A stretch of 47,403 bases of DNA from Parcubacteria group bacterium (GCA_028286615.1 JAQBRG010000008.1:1-47403), one strand, 5' to 3'. Counted from the stretch's first letter, positions 37,255 to 46,388 are shown. Numbers and translations: made by a program. The notes: generated by a model from the letters alone, not told the origin.

Positions 37255-37400
37255 GAGTCCACGACCCATAAGAACTGTGAGAAACTTTTCAGAATTAGTG
37301 AGGTTCTAACGTCAGATAACCACCTCCACCGATATAGAACCACACGGAAACACGTGGGACATTAGAAAACCGCCTCTACGGGCGGTTTTCTAATCTACAT
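37255..37400 (+). repeat. Cassette-boundary repeat, copy E
   Basis: The module at 37294-37330 is ATTAGTGAGGTTCTAACGTCAGATAACCACCTCCACC. A perfect 13-bp hairpin TTAGAAAACCGCC-TCTACG-GGCGGTTTTCTAA (37362-37393) follows, and the element ends in TTTCTAATCTACAT. Confidence 0.7.
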
Positions 37401-37931
37401 CTGGTCTGGTTCCCTTTCTTTTGAATAGTCAGCCAGATAGTCAGGGTGCCCCCGTTCTTCCAATCCTTTTACGAAGTTCTGCACCAAGGATTTATTTAAA
37501 TGTATCTTCTCCGAAAGTCCTCTTAAGGAATCGAGGTCGCCATCAAGATACGCAATAGTTGCCCGGATATAGTTTGCCCAGTCTTCGTTTTGAGGCCCAA
37601 CTTCTAGAGAGTCGTGGAGGGCTCTTTCAAAATCATCTTTTACGTCTGCTTCACCTTTCGAGAGTCTTATTTGGGCCTTATGGAAGAAAGTTAGTGATCG
37701 AATACTATAAAACTTCGTGCGATCTTGTGTCTCCTGAAACGCTTCAACGATTTCAGGCTGAGAGAGAATCTCAGCCGCCAGCAAAGAACTTTTACGTTCA
37801 CGGTCTGCCTGATCGAGTTCAAGTACCTTATCGAGAAAATTATCTGGGCTGATTCCTCCCGCAGCAAAAGTCTTGCTCAGGTTCTCAAGTGAATTCTCAG
37901 CTCCATTCGGCTGTACTGTCGGCCTTTCCAT
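37395..37931 (-). CDS. Helical hypothetical protein
   Basis: 178-aa soluble, helix-rich ORF with no recognised motif. It is bounded by repeat E and motif copy F. Confidence 0.55.
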   Translation of the reverse strand: MERPTVQPNGAENSLENLSKTFAAGGISPDNFLDKVLELDQADRERKSSLLAAEILSQPEIVEAFQETQDRTKFYSIRSLTFFHKAQIRLSKGEADVKDDFERALHDSLEVGPQNEDWANYIRATIAYLDGDLDSLRGLSEKIHLNKSLVQNFVKGLEERGHPDYLADYSKEREPDQM

Positions 37932-38054
37932 GTAGACAAACTATATCAAGGTTCTAATCGCATGCACCCCCCTCTATAGAAATATATAGAGCAATGGGTC
38001 GCCCTAATCAGGCGACCCATTGTCAGCAAAACTCGGCAGAGATTCTTACAAGAA

Positions 38055-38492
38055 TTACTTTTCTGCCAATTCTTTAATCTTTTCAAGAGCTTTGGGCCAG
38101 GCTTCATTAAACATACCAGCATACTCATCAGGAAGGTGGAGCAAGTCTATGGATACCTCAGTGCCTCCATCCTTGTCTTGCAGGGTGTAGTTCTCAAAAC
38201 CACTGCTCTCCATAGGCACCTCGATTCCATTCCGCATTTCAGCGTGATGCTCCAAGGAAATGAATTCTTGCGAGCGATTCTCTTTAACGAGGGCCACCAT
38301 ACCGCCCTCCTTCTCGCCTTCCGCGGCTGGACCGAGGAAAAGCATCTTCGAGCCTTCGCTCCAATCACCCTGATAGTAGGACCCTGGCATGAATACCGAG
38401 GTCCATTCACGATACGTCGCATCATCAAGCAGCACATCCCATACTTTCTCGCGAGGAGCATTAATTTGTTTTGAGTAATGAAGATCTGTCAT
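38055..38492 (-). CDS. SRPBCC/Aha1-like (START-fold) domain protein
   Basis: 145 aa. INAPREKVWDVLLDDATYREWTSVF and the C-terminal WPKALEKIKELAE are typical of the AHSA1/SRPBCC family. Confidence 0.7.
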   Translation of the reverse strand: MTDLHYSKQINAPREKVWDVLLDDATYREWTSVFMPGSYYQGDWSEGSKMLFLGPAAEGEKEGGMVALVKENRSQEFISLEHHAEMRNGIEVPMESSGFENYTLQDKDGGTEVSIDLLHLPDEYAGMFNEAWPKALEKIKELAEK

Positions 38493-38590
38493 AAGTAGTG
38501 CGACTAATATCTAATAGACACTAATTTACCACGCAACCTTGAGAAGTCATGGACTAAGTTATCTCGCAGTTCGTAAAATGACCCGAACGC

Positions 38591-38944
38591 TCACTTTACC
38601 GCCTGAAGAATCAGGTCCGTAAATACAGGCACATCAATGTCTTTGAGGGTACGGACTTTGACGTGGCGAACATACTTGCCTTTCCCTATCAACAACTCGT
38701 TCCATTTTTTGAATGATGAGCCGTTATAGAAACCGAACTGTACATGGTCAGGCTCGGTATGGATAAATAATTTTGGTACCGTACCTTTCACCCAACAGCC
38801 CTGTCCCCATTTGACGGTGGTCATGAGCTGAGGAGCCGTACCCTTTACCAATCGCTCTAGCGCGCCGATAAGCTTTTGATTCTTAGGCGATTTGTCCTTC
38901 TTCCATTCAGAGAACGAACCGTACGCTTTCATTTTTTGTGGCAT
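38591..38944 (-). CDS. DUF1801/YdhG-like small protein
   Basis: 117 aa. The pattern EWKKDKSPKNQKLIGALERLV...VKWGQGCW...FGFYNG...YVRHVKV matches my recollection of the DUF1801 family. Confidence 0.55.
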   Translation of the reverse strand: MPQKMKAYGSFSEWKKDKSPKNQKLIGALERLVKGTAPQLMTTVKWGQGCWVKGTVPKLFIHTEPDHVQFGFYNGSSFKKWNELLIGKGKYVRHVKVRTLKDIDVPVFTDLILQAVK

Positions 38945-39048
38945 TGATTTAGTGGCGTTTATTGTGAGTTAATTTTAACTCACAGAAGGCAACAAAAGGT
39001 TCTAATCTACTTTCTCAAAATCCCGCGGGGTCTTTGGGCTCACCCGAA

Positions 39049-39948
39049 ATGCTGGCTGCTATACTTCCACTCATGGAATTATGGTTCTTGCTTGCAATCG
39101 GATCGGCGCTCGCCGGTGGAATTGGTTCTTTCACTCACAAGGTTGCCGCTGTGAAGAACTACGACATTGCCGTACTGAGCGTGTACGCATCGATGATCTC
39201 CGCATTCATGCTTTTGTGTTGCACTCTTTACTTCGCCGGGATGGAACACTTCTGGGAATTCTCCACAGTCATCGCACTCGCAGCAGCTGTTACTACCTTC
39301 CTGACATTAGTTCTTAAAATAAAGTCTCTCCGTCTCATTGATGCGACACTATTCTTCCCGCTGTATAAAGTGTCCGGACCGTTTCTCACTATTCTTCTTG
39401 GAGTCTTAGTATTCCGAGAGTCATTCACTCCCATTGAATGGGTTGGTTTGGTTACAACGTTATGTGTCCCGCTACTTCTGATTACTAGGTCAGAGAATTT
39501 ACGCCAGAAGAATCTTGTCTTGGGTCTCCAGATATTACTTATCGCTTCAATAACAGCGGCTGTATCCATTGGCCTATCCAAGTATGGAACTAACATTGCG
39601 AACAACCTGTGGCTCTTCCTTCTGGTGAGCGAAATATTTACTGTCGCGAGTGCTTTCTTGTTGCTTATACAGAAACACAGAACGGCAACCTTTACATTCT
39701 TCAAGACGGAAAGTTCTCCGGCAGCGCTGTGGCTTGTTCTCATCATGGGTATTACCCAGTCCCTTAGCTTTATGACAATAATGTTCGCGTTTGCTACAGG
39801 CGGTACGTTGGCAATTGTCTATACGATCAGTTCGCTCTACATACTCATTCCCATCATCCTTTCGATTGTTATCTACAAGGAACATTGGAATGCTCGCAAG
39901 GCTATAGCGATTGTGCTCTCGATTGCAGCGCTGGCATTACTTAAATAA
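39049..39948 (+). CDS. EamA/DMT-family transporter
   Basis: About 10 TM segments in two halves. I prefer ATG 39049 over the TTG at 39034. Confidence 0.7.
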   Translation: MLAAILPLMELWFLLAIGSALAGGIGSFTHKVAAVKNYDIAVLSVYASMISAFMLLCCTLYFAGMEHFWEFSTVIALAAAVTTFLTLVLKIKSLRLIDATLFFPLYKVSGPFLTILLGVLVFRESFTPIEWVGLVTTLCVPLLLITRSENLRQKNLVLGLQILLIASITAAVSIGLSKYGTNIANNLWLFLLVSEIFTVASAFLLLIQKHRTATFTFFKTESSPAALWLVLIMGITQSLSFMTIMFAFATGGTLAIVYTISSLYILIPIILSIVIYKEHWNARKAIAIVLSIAALALLK

Positions 39949-40091
39949 TAGAGAGTTCTGCATCCCAGTAGCGAAGTCCTGGCCGAAAGGATTCGCTCCC
40001 GCTGTATCTAGCAAGATGGCCAATAGGTTACTAGTGTGCCTTGCATTCCAGGCAAGCCCCTTGTGCGTTACCATAACCAACAACAACTGTT

Positions 40092-41879
40092 ATGAAATTC
40101 GGTAAGGCGCTGACTCAAGAATCAACTATCTTTCTCATTCGGAAACTGTGGCAATTTTCTAAAGGAAGACATTGGCAGATTGTCCTATATACGGGCATGT
40201 TCGTAGTAGCCAATCTGATCACACTCCTTCCTCCCTTAATTTTCGGAGCATTCATTCGCGAGGTGCAGCAGCAAGGAATAGCAACGGAGAATTACGGTTA
40301 TCTTTTCCTATTACTTTTCTTTCTATTCTTTATAGAGATAGTCTTCTGGGCATTTCACGGACCCGCTCGTATCATCGAGCGTTCGGTAGCATTCTGGGCA
40401 GAACTTAACTATCGACGATACCTACTTAAGGGTGTGCTCGACTTAGGACTAACCTGGCATGGTGAGCACGACTCGGGAGATACGATCGATAAGGTTAATA
40501 AGGCTGGCGATGGTCTGGGCAGCTTTGGTAAGAATGTGTTTCAAATCTTACAGATAGTTATTAAGTTGCTGGGTACCTCCATTGTTTTGTTCTACTTCTC
40601 TCCGGCGATAGGTATATTCGTCTTCGTGCTAGTTGTTGTTTCTTTTATTGTTATCTTCCAATTTGATAGATATCTCATACCGCAGTATCGACGTCTTAAT
40701 GAATTCAGTAACAAGGCGATGGCAAGCATATTCGATGCGCTCTCTAACATCACCAGCGTAAAAATACTTCATATCGAGATGCCTGTCTTAAAAGGTATTG
40801 TCTCTCGCTTAGAAGCGCCTTATACCAAGTACCAAGCGAATTCGAAATTAAATGAAGCAAAGTGGTTTACAGGAGGAATTCTTTTCCAGGCAATCGCTGT
40901 TCTCCCCATCGTCTTCTACATCTATCACGCCTCTTCAAGTAACCAGCCTATTGATGCCGGAACAATTTCAACCCTGTTCCTGTACCTAACCAATCTGACA
41001 TTCGTTTATTTTGGCTTTACTGACTTCTATCAAGACCTAGCTATCTACAAAAACCAAGTACTAAACGTGGAGTCTGTGGAAGATGCATTTGCTGCGAAAA
41101 ACATACTCAAGCGAAAGAGCACGAGCGCGTGGGGAACGCTTACTATTAGTGACCTTACGTTTACCTATGATGAAGGCGGAGAAGTACCACACCTATATAA
41201 GGTAGGTCTCCAAATTCAACGTGGAGAACGAATCGCTGTTATAGGAGAGTCAGGATCAGGAAAGACAACTTTTCTTAAGGTGCTCCATGGACTTTACCCT
41301 TCCGCTCAGGGAACACTGACCTTGGATAGATCAGAGAGTATACCAACCTCCTTCGCAGACTTGGATCTTAAGACCATGCTCGTTCCACAAGAACCGGAAA
41401 TATTCTCTTCAACCATTCGCGAGAACATAACGCTGGGCATTGCCTATCCAGAGGAGGACATCGTGCACGCGATGCGTGTCGCAAACTTTGAGAAGGTAGT
41501 GCAGGAACTGCCGAGCGGTCTTGATTCTGTAATAAACGAAAAAGGAGTGAGTCTTTCTGGTGGCCAGAAGCAGCGTCTAGCACTTTCACGCGCACTTCTT
41601 TTTGCTAGAGATAAAGAAATGATTCTTTTGGATGAATCAACCAGTTCTGTTGATTCAGAAAATGAGACCGAGATCTATACAAACATTTGGCAAGACTTTG
41701 TAGGCAAGACCGTCATAGCTTCTATCCATAAGATGAATTTGCTCAAACTCTTCGATCGCATTTATATCTTTGAAAAGGGGCAGATAGTTGACGCTGGATC
41801 TTTTGACGATCTTCTAAACAGGAGCGCTTCTTTCAAAGATGCGTGGGATCAGTTTGTCGCAATGCGACGAGAAAAATAA
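40092..41879 (+). CDS. ABC exporter, fused permease/ATPase
   Basis: 595 aa with a 6-TM N-terminal domain, Walker A GESGSGKTT, the signature LSGGQKQR and Walker B ILLDEST. Confidence 0.9.
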   Translation: MKFGKALTQESTIFLIRKLWQFSKGRHWQIVLYTGMFVVANLITLLPPLIFGAFIREVQQQGIATENYGYLFLLLFFLFFIEIVFWAFHGPARIIERSVAFWAELNYRRYLLKGVLDLGLTWHGEHDSGDTIDKVNKAGDGLGSFGKNVFQILQIVIKLLGTSIVLFYFSPAIGIFVFVLVVVSFIVIFQFDRYLIPQYRRLNEFSNKAMASIFDALSNITSVKILHIEMPVLKGIVSRLEAPYTKYQANSKLNEAKWFTGGILFQAIAVLPIVFYIYHASSSNQPIDAGTISTLFLYLTNLTFVYFGFTDFYQDLAIYKNQVLNVESVEDAFAAKNILKRKSTSAWGTLTISDLTFTYDEGGEVPHLYKVGLQIQRGERIAVIGESGSGKTTFLKVLHGLYPSAQGTLTLDRSESIPTSFADLDLKTMLVPQEPEIFSSTIRENITLGIAYPEEDIVHAMRVANFEKVVQELPSGLDSVINEKGVSLSGGQKQRLALSRALLFARDKEMILLDESTSSVDSENETEIYTNIWQDFVGKTVIASIHKMNLLKLFDRIYIFEKGQIVDAGSFDDLLNRSASFKDAWDQFVAMRREK

Positions 41880-42363
41880 GTCGGTTACCGCTATCACTGA
41901 AAATACTTCTTATGGCCTTCTGCATAAGGCCAGCTCCTCTGACAACTTATCGGACTTTATCAACAGTTACTCTCTCAAACAATCCTAGACGTTGTACGGA
42001 AATTTAAACCTCGCAGCCTCCACTGAGATTACAAGCAGATTCAAAACATGAAGAGTACATCTTTTAAGTTGATGGTGCCTAAATATCGAAGGTACCTAAC
42101 TCGTAGTTATCCATGTGGCTTACTTATTAGCGAAGTCGGATAGATTTTATACCTATAAAGAGCTTTATCCAGACCAATGTATGCAGAGATACAGATATGG
42201 TTCGTTACCAGGGCTCGTGCGTACAAAACAACCAATGTAACTCTCCAAAACAATCTTGCATTATTCTTTTCTTAAAAAGAAAAAGCCTGCTAAATGGCCG
42301 TATCTTGCGTGATAGCATACGGGAGTGTTGCAGAAAACACTTTACTCATCCCCTATCGCCATT

Positions 42364-45135
42364 ATGAATCTTCGGAAGCTTCCCCTGCTAGTGGGCATTC
42401 TCTTGTTCACTCTCGCACCGTTCACCACACATGCAGCATTACTCGTTTCAGATCTTGCGCCCGGCATACAAAACGCCGAAGTGTCTGACTTGCAAAACGC
42501 ACTTGCAAAGATGGGGTACTTCAACGCACTTGAGCGTGGGTACTTCGGTTCACAAACGCAAACCGCGCTTCGCTCATTCCAGACTACAGCCGGACTTCCT
42601 GTCACAGGACTTCCTGATGCGTTGACGCGTAATGCAATTAATTCTTTTAGCCAGTTCAATTCCGCTTCTCCCACAGCTTCAGGAATTCACGCTGGAGCCA
42701 CGTCCTCAACAGGAGACGTGCTCGGTGCAAGCACAGAGCGCGTTAACGCAAATCTTTCGATTGGCACTTCTGGAGACCAGGTACGTATTCTTCAAGAATG
42801 GTTGAAGCGTCTCGGATATTTTCAGGAAACAGCAACCGGCTATTACGGAACACTTACGAGTGCAGCTGTTAGCAGATTCCAACAAGCATATGGAATTCCA
42901 GTTGTAGGTACTGTTGGTCCTATTACGCGCGAAAGACTTAACGCGTTAGTTTCAACTGGAACTACAGTAGTTAGTACTCCTACTCTTACTCTCACAGCAA
43001 GCAAAACTCCTGTTCAGTCAAAGGACTCTGTAGAAATTTCTTGGACTGCGACGAACGCAAGTTCTTGTCGCGCTTCAGGTGCATGGTCTGGGTCAAAAAG
43101 AGTTTCTGGTTCTGATACACAAAAGAACCTAACCTCGGGCAAGACCTACAAACTTACCTGCTCAGGTACTTCAGGCTCTGTAGAGAAATCTGTAACGGTA
43201 GATGTAGCTAGAGTGTCTTCTGCAAATGCTCCATCCGTTTCTTTCTCTGTCTCCCCTTCTGAGGTTTCCCAAGGAGGAACCACGACCATTACTTGGTCTT
43301 CGAAAGATGCCACCAGCTGTACAGCTACTGACACTTCGCTATGGAATGCCGGCAACCTCACTGCTGGAAAGGTAACGGTATCTAACCTGCAAACTTCCCG
43401 AAGCTTCGGGGTTACTTGTTCAGGAGCCGGAGGTTCTGTAACAAAGTCAGATTCAGTCACCGTACGAAGCGTTTCTACCAGTAGCACAGGCGACACGGGA
43501 ACCGTTGTTACTTCAACACCGGCACCGGCTCACACCACCCCTACGACGTCTGATCCTGTGCCTACGCACACAACCACAACTATTCCCACGCCAACGACGC
43601 CAACACACGGCACAACTGCCCCTGATCCAACGGTTTCCTTCTCGGCAAACCGCACAAGCGTCTCTTATAACGATAGCGTTACCCTCACCTGGTCTTCGAC
43701 TAACGCTACGAGCTGCACCGCAAGTGGTGCAGGTTGGTCTACTTCCCAGCCAACGGCAGGGACCGTTACCGTGCCGCGCATGACAGCAAGTCAGACATAC
43801 ACTCTTACTTGCAGCGGTGCAGGCGGAAACTCATCGAAATCAATTGCTATCACGGTTGGTGCTGCGCCCGTAACAACGACTCCTTCTACTCCTACGACTC
43901 CTCCTCCTTCTACCACTCCCCCACCAACACCTACTCCAAGCACCACAGGGCTTCCTGTGCTCCTTAAGGCTTCAGGTGGGCTCACTGGTCCGCAGAATGG
44001 TGTCGCTTCAATCACCTACAACTGGACTGGAGTTCCGATGGCAGCTGACTACTACATGTTCGTGCATGTCCTTGATGCAAACGGTGGGATTCTCTTCCAG
44101 AACGACTCGCCAATACCGTCACGTACCTGGTCCGGTCCCTACTCAATGACTAATTCGGTTAAAGTTCCCGCAGGTATCCCGGTTGGAAAATACAGCCTAC
44201 GTGCAGGAATCTTCTCGCTCGCGAGCGGATATCCAAAAATGCCTGTTACTCCTGGTCCTGGCGTAACCAAGACCGGCGGTGAAGAGGCGTACATTATCGG
44301 CACCCTCACAGTCACGGCGGGTACAAATCTTCCGTACAGTCCTCCGAATGATCCATCTGCGTATCCTGGAATGCCAGTTCAGACTTCGATTCCGAACGCC
44401 GGCGACCCGATAACCGGAAACTTCAATGACGACTTCCACCCCGCAGGTATGAATCTCAAATTCCATGATGAGTTCAACGGGACGAAACTTAACACCAACA
44501 CTTGGAACGAGATGTATCTCTGGGGCGACCGATTCCTCTCAGGTAACAGCGAGAAAGAGTGTTACCTCGAAGAGAACGTGCGTGTCGCTGGCGGCAACTT
44601 GATCTTCGACGCGAAGAAACAAGATGTTATCTGTCCTAAGTACAACATCGTGCAGCCTTACACCTCAGGCATGGTCACGACCTCGAAATCCTTCGTGCAG
44701 TCGTACGGCTACTGGGCTATAAGAACGAAGCTTCCTCGCGGTCAAGGATTCTGGCCAGCCTTCTGGCTCCTCCCTAACAACGCTGGATGGCCACCTGAGC
44801 TCGACATCTTCGAAGTGCTCGATCAGGACCCGACGACGCTCTACAACTCGATTCACACCTCGTCTCCGACAAATCCTAATATTGGATTGACGCTTACGGC
44901 GAAGGTCGCCGACCTCAGTACTTCGTATCACGTGATAGCGGCTGACTGGGAACCAACCTACATAATCTTCTATCTCGATGGTGTAGAGGTGAATCGCATC
45001 AACCAGGTGTTCAACAGCATCCCGATGTATCTCGTTGCCAATCTTGGCGTCGGTGGCTCATGGGGAGGAAACCCTGATTCCACGACCCCATTCCCTTCTA
45101 CGATGGATACGGATTGGATACGTGTCTACAAGTAA
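42364..45135 (+). CDS. Large secreted multidomain protein: two PG-binding domains, three Ig-like repeats, Thr/Pro linkers and a C-terminal GH16 glycoside hydrolase
   Basis: The start is at ATG 42364 (MNLRKLPLLVGILLFTLAPFTTHA, a signal peptide). There are two PG_binding_1-like repeats and three repeats of the type (I/L)(S/T)W(S/T)(A/S)(T/K)(N/D)A(S/T)SC...TCSG. The GH16 catalytic motif WPPELDIFE lies at 44797-44814. Confidence 0.85.
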   Translation: MNLRKLPLLVGILLFTLAPFTTHAALLVSDLAPGIQNAEVSDLQNALAKMGYFNALERGYFGSQTQTALRSFQTTAGLPVTGLPDALTRNAINSFSQFNSASPTASGIHAGATSSTGDVLGASTERVNANLSIGTSGDQVRILQEWLKRLGYFQETATGYYGTLTSAAVSRFQQAYGIPVVGTVGPITRERLNALVSTGTTVVSTPTLTLTASKTPVQSKDSVEISWTATNASSCRASGAWSGSKRVSGSDTQKNLTSGKTYKLTCSGTSGSVEKSVTVDVARVSSANAPSVSFSVSPSEVSQGGTTTITWSSKDATSCTATDTSLWNAGNLTAGKVTVSNLQTSRSFGVTCSGAGGSVTKSDSVTVRSVSTSSTGDTGTVVTSTPAPAHTTPTTSDPVPTHTTTTIPTPTTPTHGTTAPDPTVSFSANRTSVSYNDSVTLTWSSTNATSCTASGAGWSTSQPTAGTVTVPRMTASQTYTLTCSGAGGNSSKSIAITVGAAPVTTTPSTPTTPPPSTTPPPTPTPSTTGLPVLLKASGGLTGPQNGVASITYNWTGVPMAADYYMFVHVLDANGGILFQNDSPIPSRTWSGPYSMTNSVKVPAGIPVGKYSLRAGIFSLASGYPKMPVTPGPGVTKTGGEEAYIIGTLTVTAGTNLPYSPPNDPSAYPGMPVQTSIPNAGDPITGNFNDDFHPAGMNLKFHDEFNGTKLNTNTWNEMYLWGDRFLSGNSEKECYLEENVRVAGGNLIFDAKKQDVICPKYNIVQPYTSGMVTTSKSFVQSYGYWAIRTKLPRGQGFWPAFWLLPNNAGWPPELDIFEVLDQDPTTLYNSIHTSSPTNPNIGLTLTAKVADLSTSYHVIAADWEPTYIIFYLDGVEVNRINQVFNSIPMYLVANLGVGGSWGGNPDSTTPFPSTMDTDWIRVYK

Positions 45136-45147
45136 GAGGTTAGTACA

Positions 45148-45187
45148 CACAAACACAAAAGCCCCTCACGGGGCTTTTGTGTTTGTG
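45148..45187 (+). terminator. Long-stem intrinsic terminator
   Basis: CACAAACACAAAAGCCCC-TCAC-GGGGCTTTTGTGTTTGTG forms an 18-bp stem. Confidence 0.75.
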
Positions 45188-45202
45188 GAGTATTCTTACT
45201 AA

Positions 45203-45865
45203 ATGCATCTATCTAGAATTAGGAACATTGCTCCTTGGATACTTGGGCTTGGCAGCCTGTTTGTGGTATTTCTTTTTATCTTTATAAATATTGTTGAAGA
45301 CGTCGTGACTTCAGACCGTATTGTTGGTATTGATGTATCAATTGCAAAGGCAATCGCTTCAATGCGTACACCCGCTCTAACTAAATTCTTTTTGTTCGTA
45401 ACCGAACTGGGCAGTACAACGAGCATGCTACTCATTATTGCGGTTATTACTATCTCTTATGTATTCTTCGCAAAGAAACGTTACGTGCTTCCCTTTCTTG
45501 TTACCGCTCTCGGCTCTACGGCAAGCGTAAACATCATAAAGCAGCTTATAGCTCGAGACCGTCCTGATATATCTATCGCGTTCTACGCAGAAAAACTATT
45601 CTCCTTTCCAAGCGGGCACAGCGCCTCATCACTAGCTATCTTTGGATTTGTTGCGTACGTGTGGGTTAAGAGAACGCATTCAACTGCTGTTCGCATACTT
45701 ATTGTTTGCCTCTCTGTGCTTCTCATTCTTGCTATTGGTCTGAGTCGGCTGTACTTAGGTGTGCATTATCTAAGCGACGTGCTTGGAGGATATGTACTTG
45801 GTATCCTCTGGCTCATAATCGGTATAAGTCTCGTTGAGCTTCGTACTAAAACAAAAGTATCTTAA
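45203..45865 (+). CDS. PAP2-family phosphatase (undecaprenyl-diphosphatase-like)
   Basis: Contains the KxxxxxxRP (KQLIARDRP), PSGH (SFPSGHS) and SRxxxxxHxxxD (SRLYLGVHYLSD) motifs. Confidence 0.85.
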   Translation: MHLSRIRNIAPWILGLGSLFVVFLFIFINIVEDVVTSDRIVGIDVSIAKAIASMRTPALTKFFLFVTELGSTTSMLLIIAVITISYVFFAKKRYVLPFLVTALGSTASVNIIKQLIARDRPDISIAFYAEKLFSFPSGHSASSLAIFGFVAYVWVKRTHSTAVRILIVCLSVLLILAIGLSRLYLGVHYLSDVLGGYVLGILWLIIGISLVELRTKTKVS

Positions 45866-46388
45866 ACGCGAGGAGCACAAGAATAACAGCACCGACAATC
45901 TCAATCTTTGAGCCAAGGATGTCTTTGCTCTTTGCTCCTAAATAAAAGCCGATAAGGGACATCGCGAAGGTAACAACGCCAATCAGTATGGTTGCTACAG
46001 GGATACTAACCGGAACGAAGTTAAAGGTTATGCCTACAACTAATGCATCAATGCTCGTGGCAATAGCGAGTATCGTGAGAGTTCCTGTGCTAACAATATC
46101 TTTGTTCTCGCTATCATCTTCTTTCTTGAGAGCTTCAAACAACATCTTCACACCAACACCGAGCAAGAGCACAAACCCGATTATGTGCCCGTACTCAGAT
46201 ACGTAATCTTTAAAGGCTAGTCCAGCTGCCCAACCCAAGAGAGGCATAACGCCCTGGAAGATACCGAAGAACAAAGCAACCTTTAGGGCTCTTTTGAAGG
46301 ATGCCTGGAAGGCACCCGCGGAGATCGCAACCGCGGCTGCATCGAGCGAAAGGCTGAGAGCTATGAGAAATAGTTCGATGAGGGACAT
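45846..46388 (-). CDS. mntP: Manganese efflux pump MntP-like
   Basis: I prefer the ATG at 46388 (MSLIELFLIALSLSLDAAAV). It has a duplicated DUF204-type SxD(A/S) motif (SLDAAAV / SIDALVV) and 6 TM segments. Confidence 0.75.
   Translation of the reverse strand: MSLIELFLIALSLSLDAAAVAISAGAFQASFKRALKVALFFGIFQGVMPLLGWAAGLAFKDYVSEYGHIIGFVLLLGVGVKMLFEALKKEDDSENKDIVSTGTLTILAIATSIDALVVGITFNFVPVSIPVATILIGVVTFAMSLIGFYLGAKSKDILGSKIEIVGAVILVLLAFKILLF

Noticed and set aside
36187-37400. Calling the repeats classical integron attC sites
   Set aside because: Copy C does have inverted TTCTAAC...GTTAGAA ends about 90 nt apart. However, the other copies lack a clean R''/R' pair, gene orientation is mixed, and no intI or attI is present. 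I kept it as a hypothesis to test rather than an annotation.
39228-39746. 172-aa minus-strand ORF
   Set aside because: It is antisense to the multi-TM DMT transporter gene and has a basic, low-complexity translation.
43500-43960. Thr/Pro-rich repetitive DNA that might be scored as a tandem repeat or a non-coding element
   Set aside because: It is in frame within the large secreted protein and encodes typical T/P linkers between the Ig-like modules.
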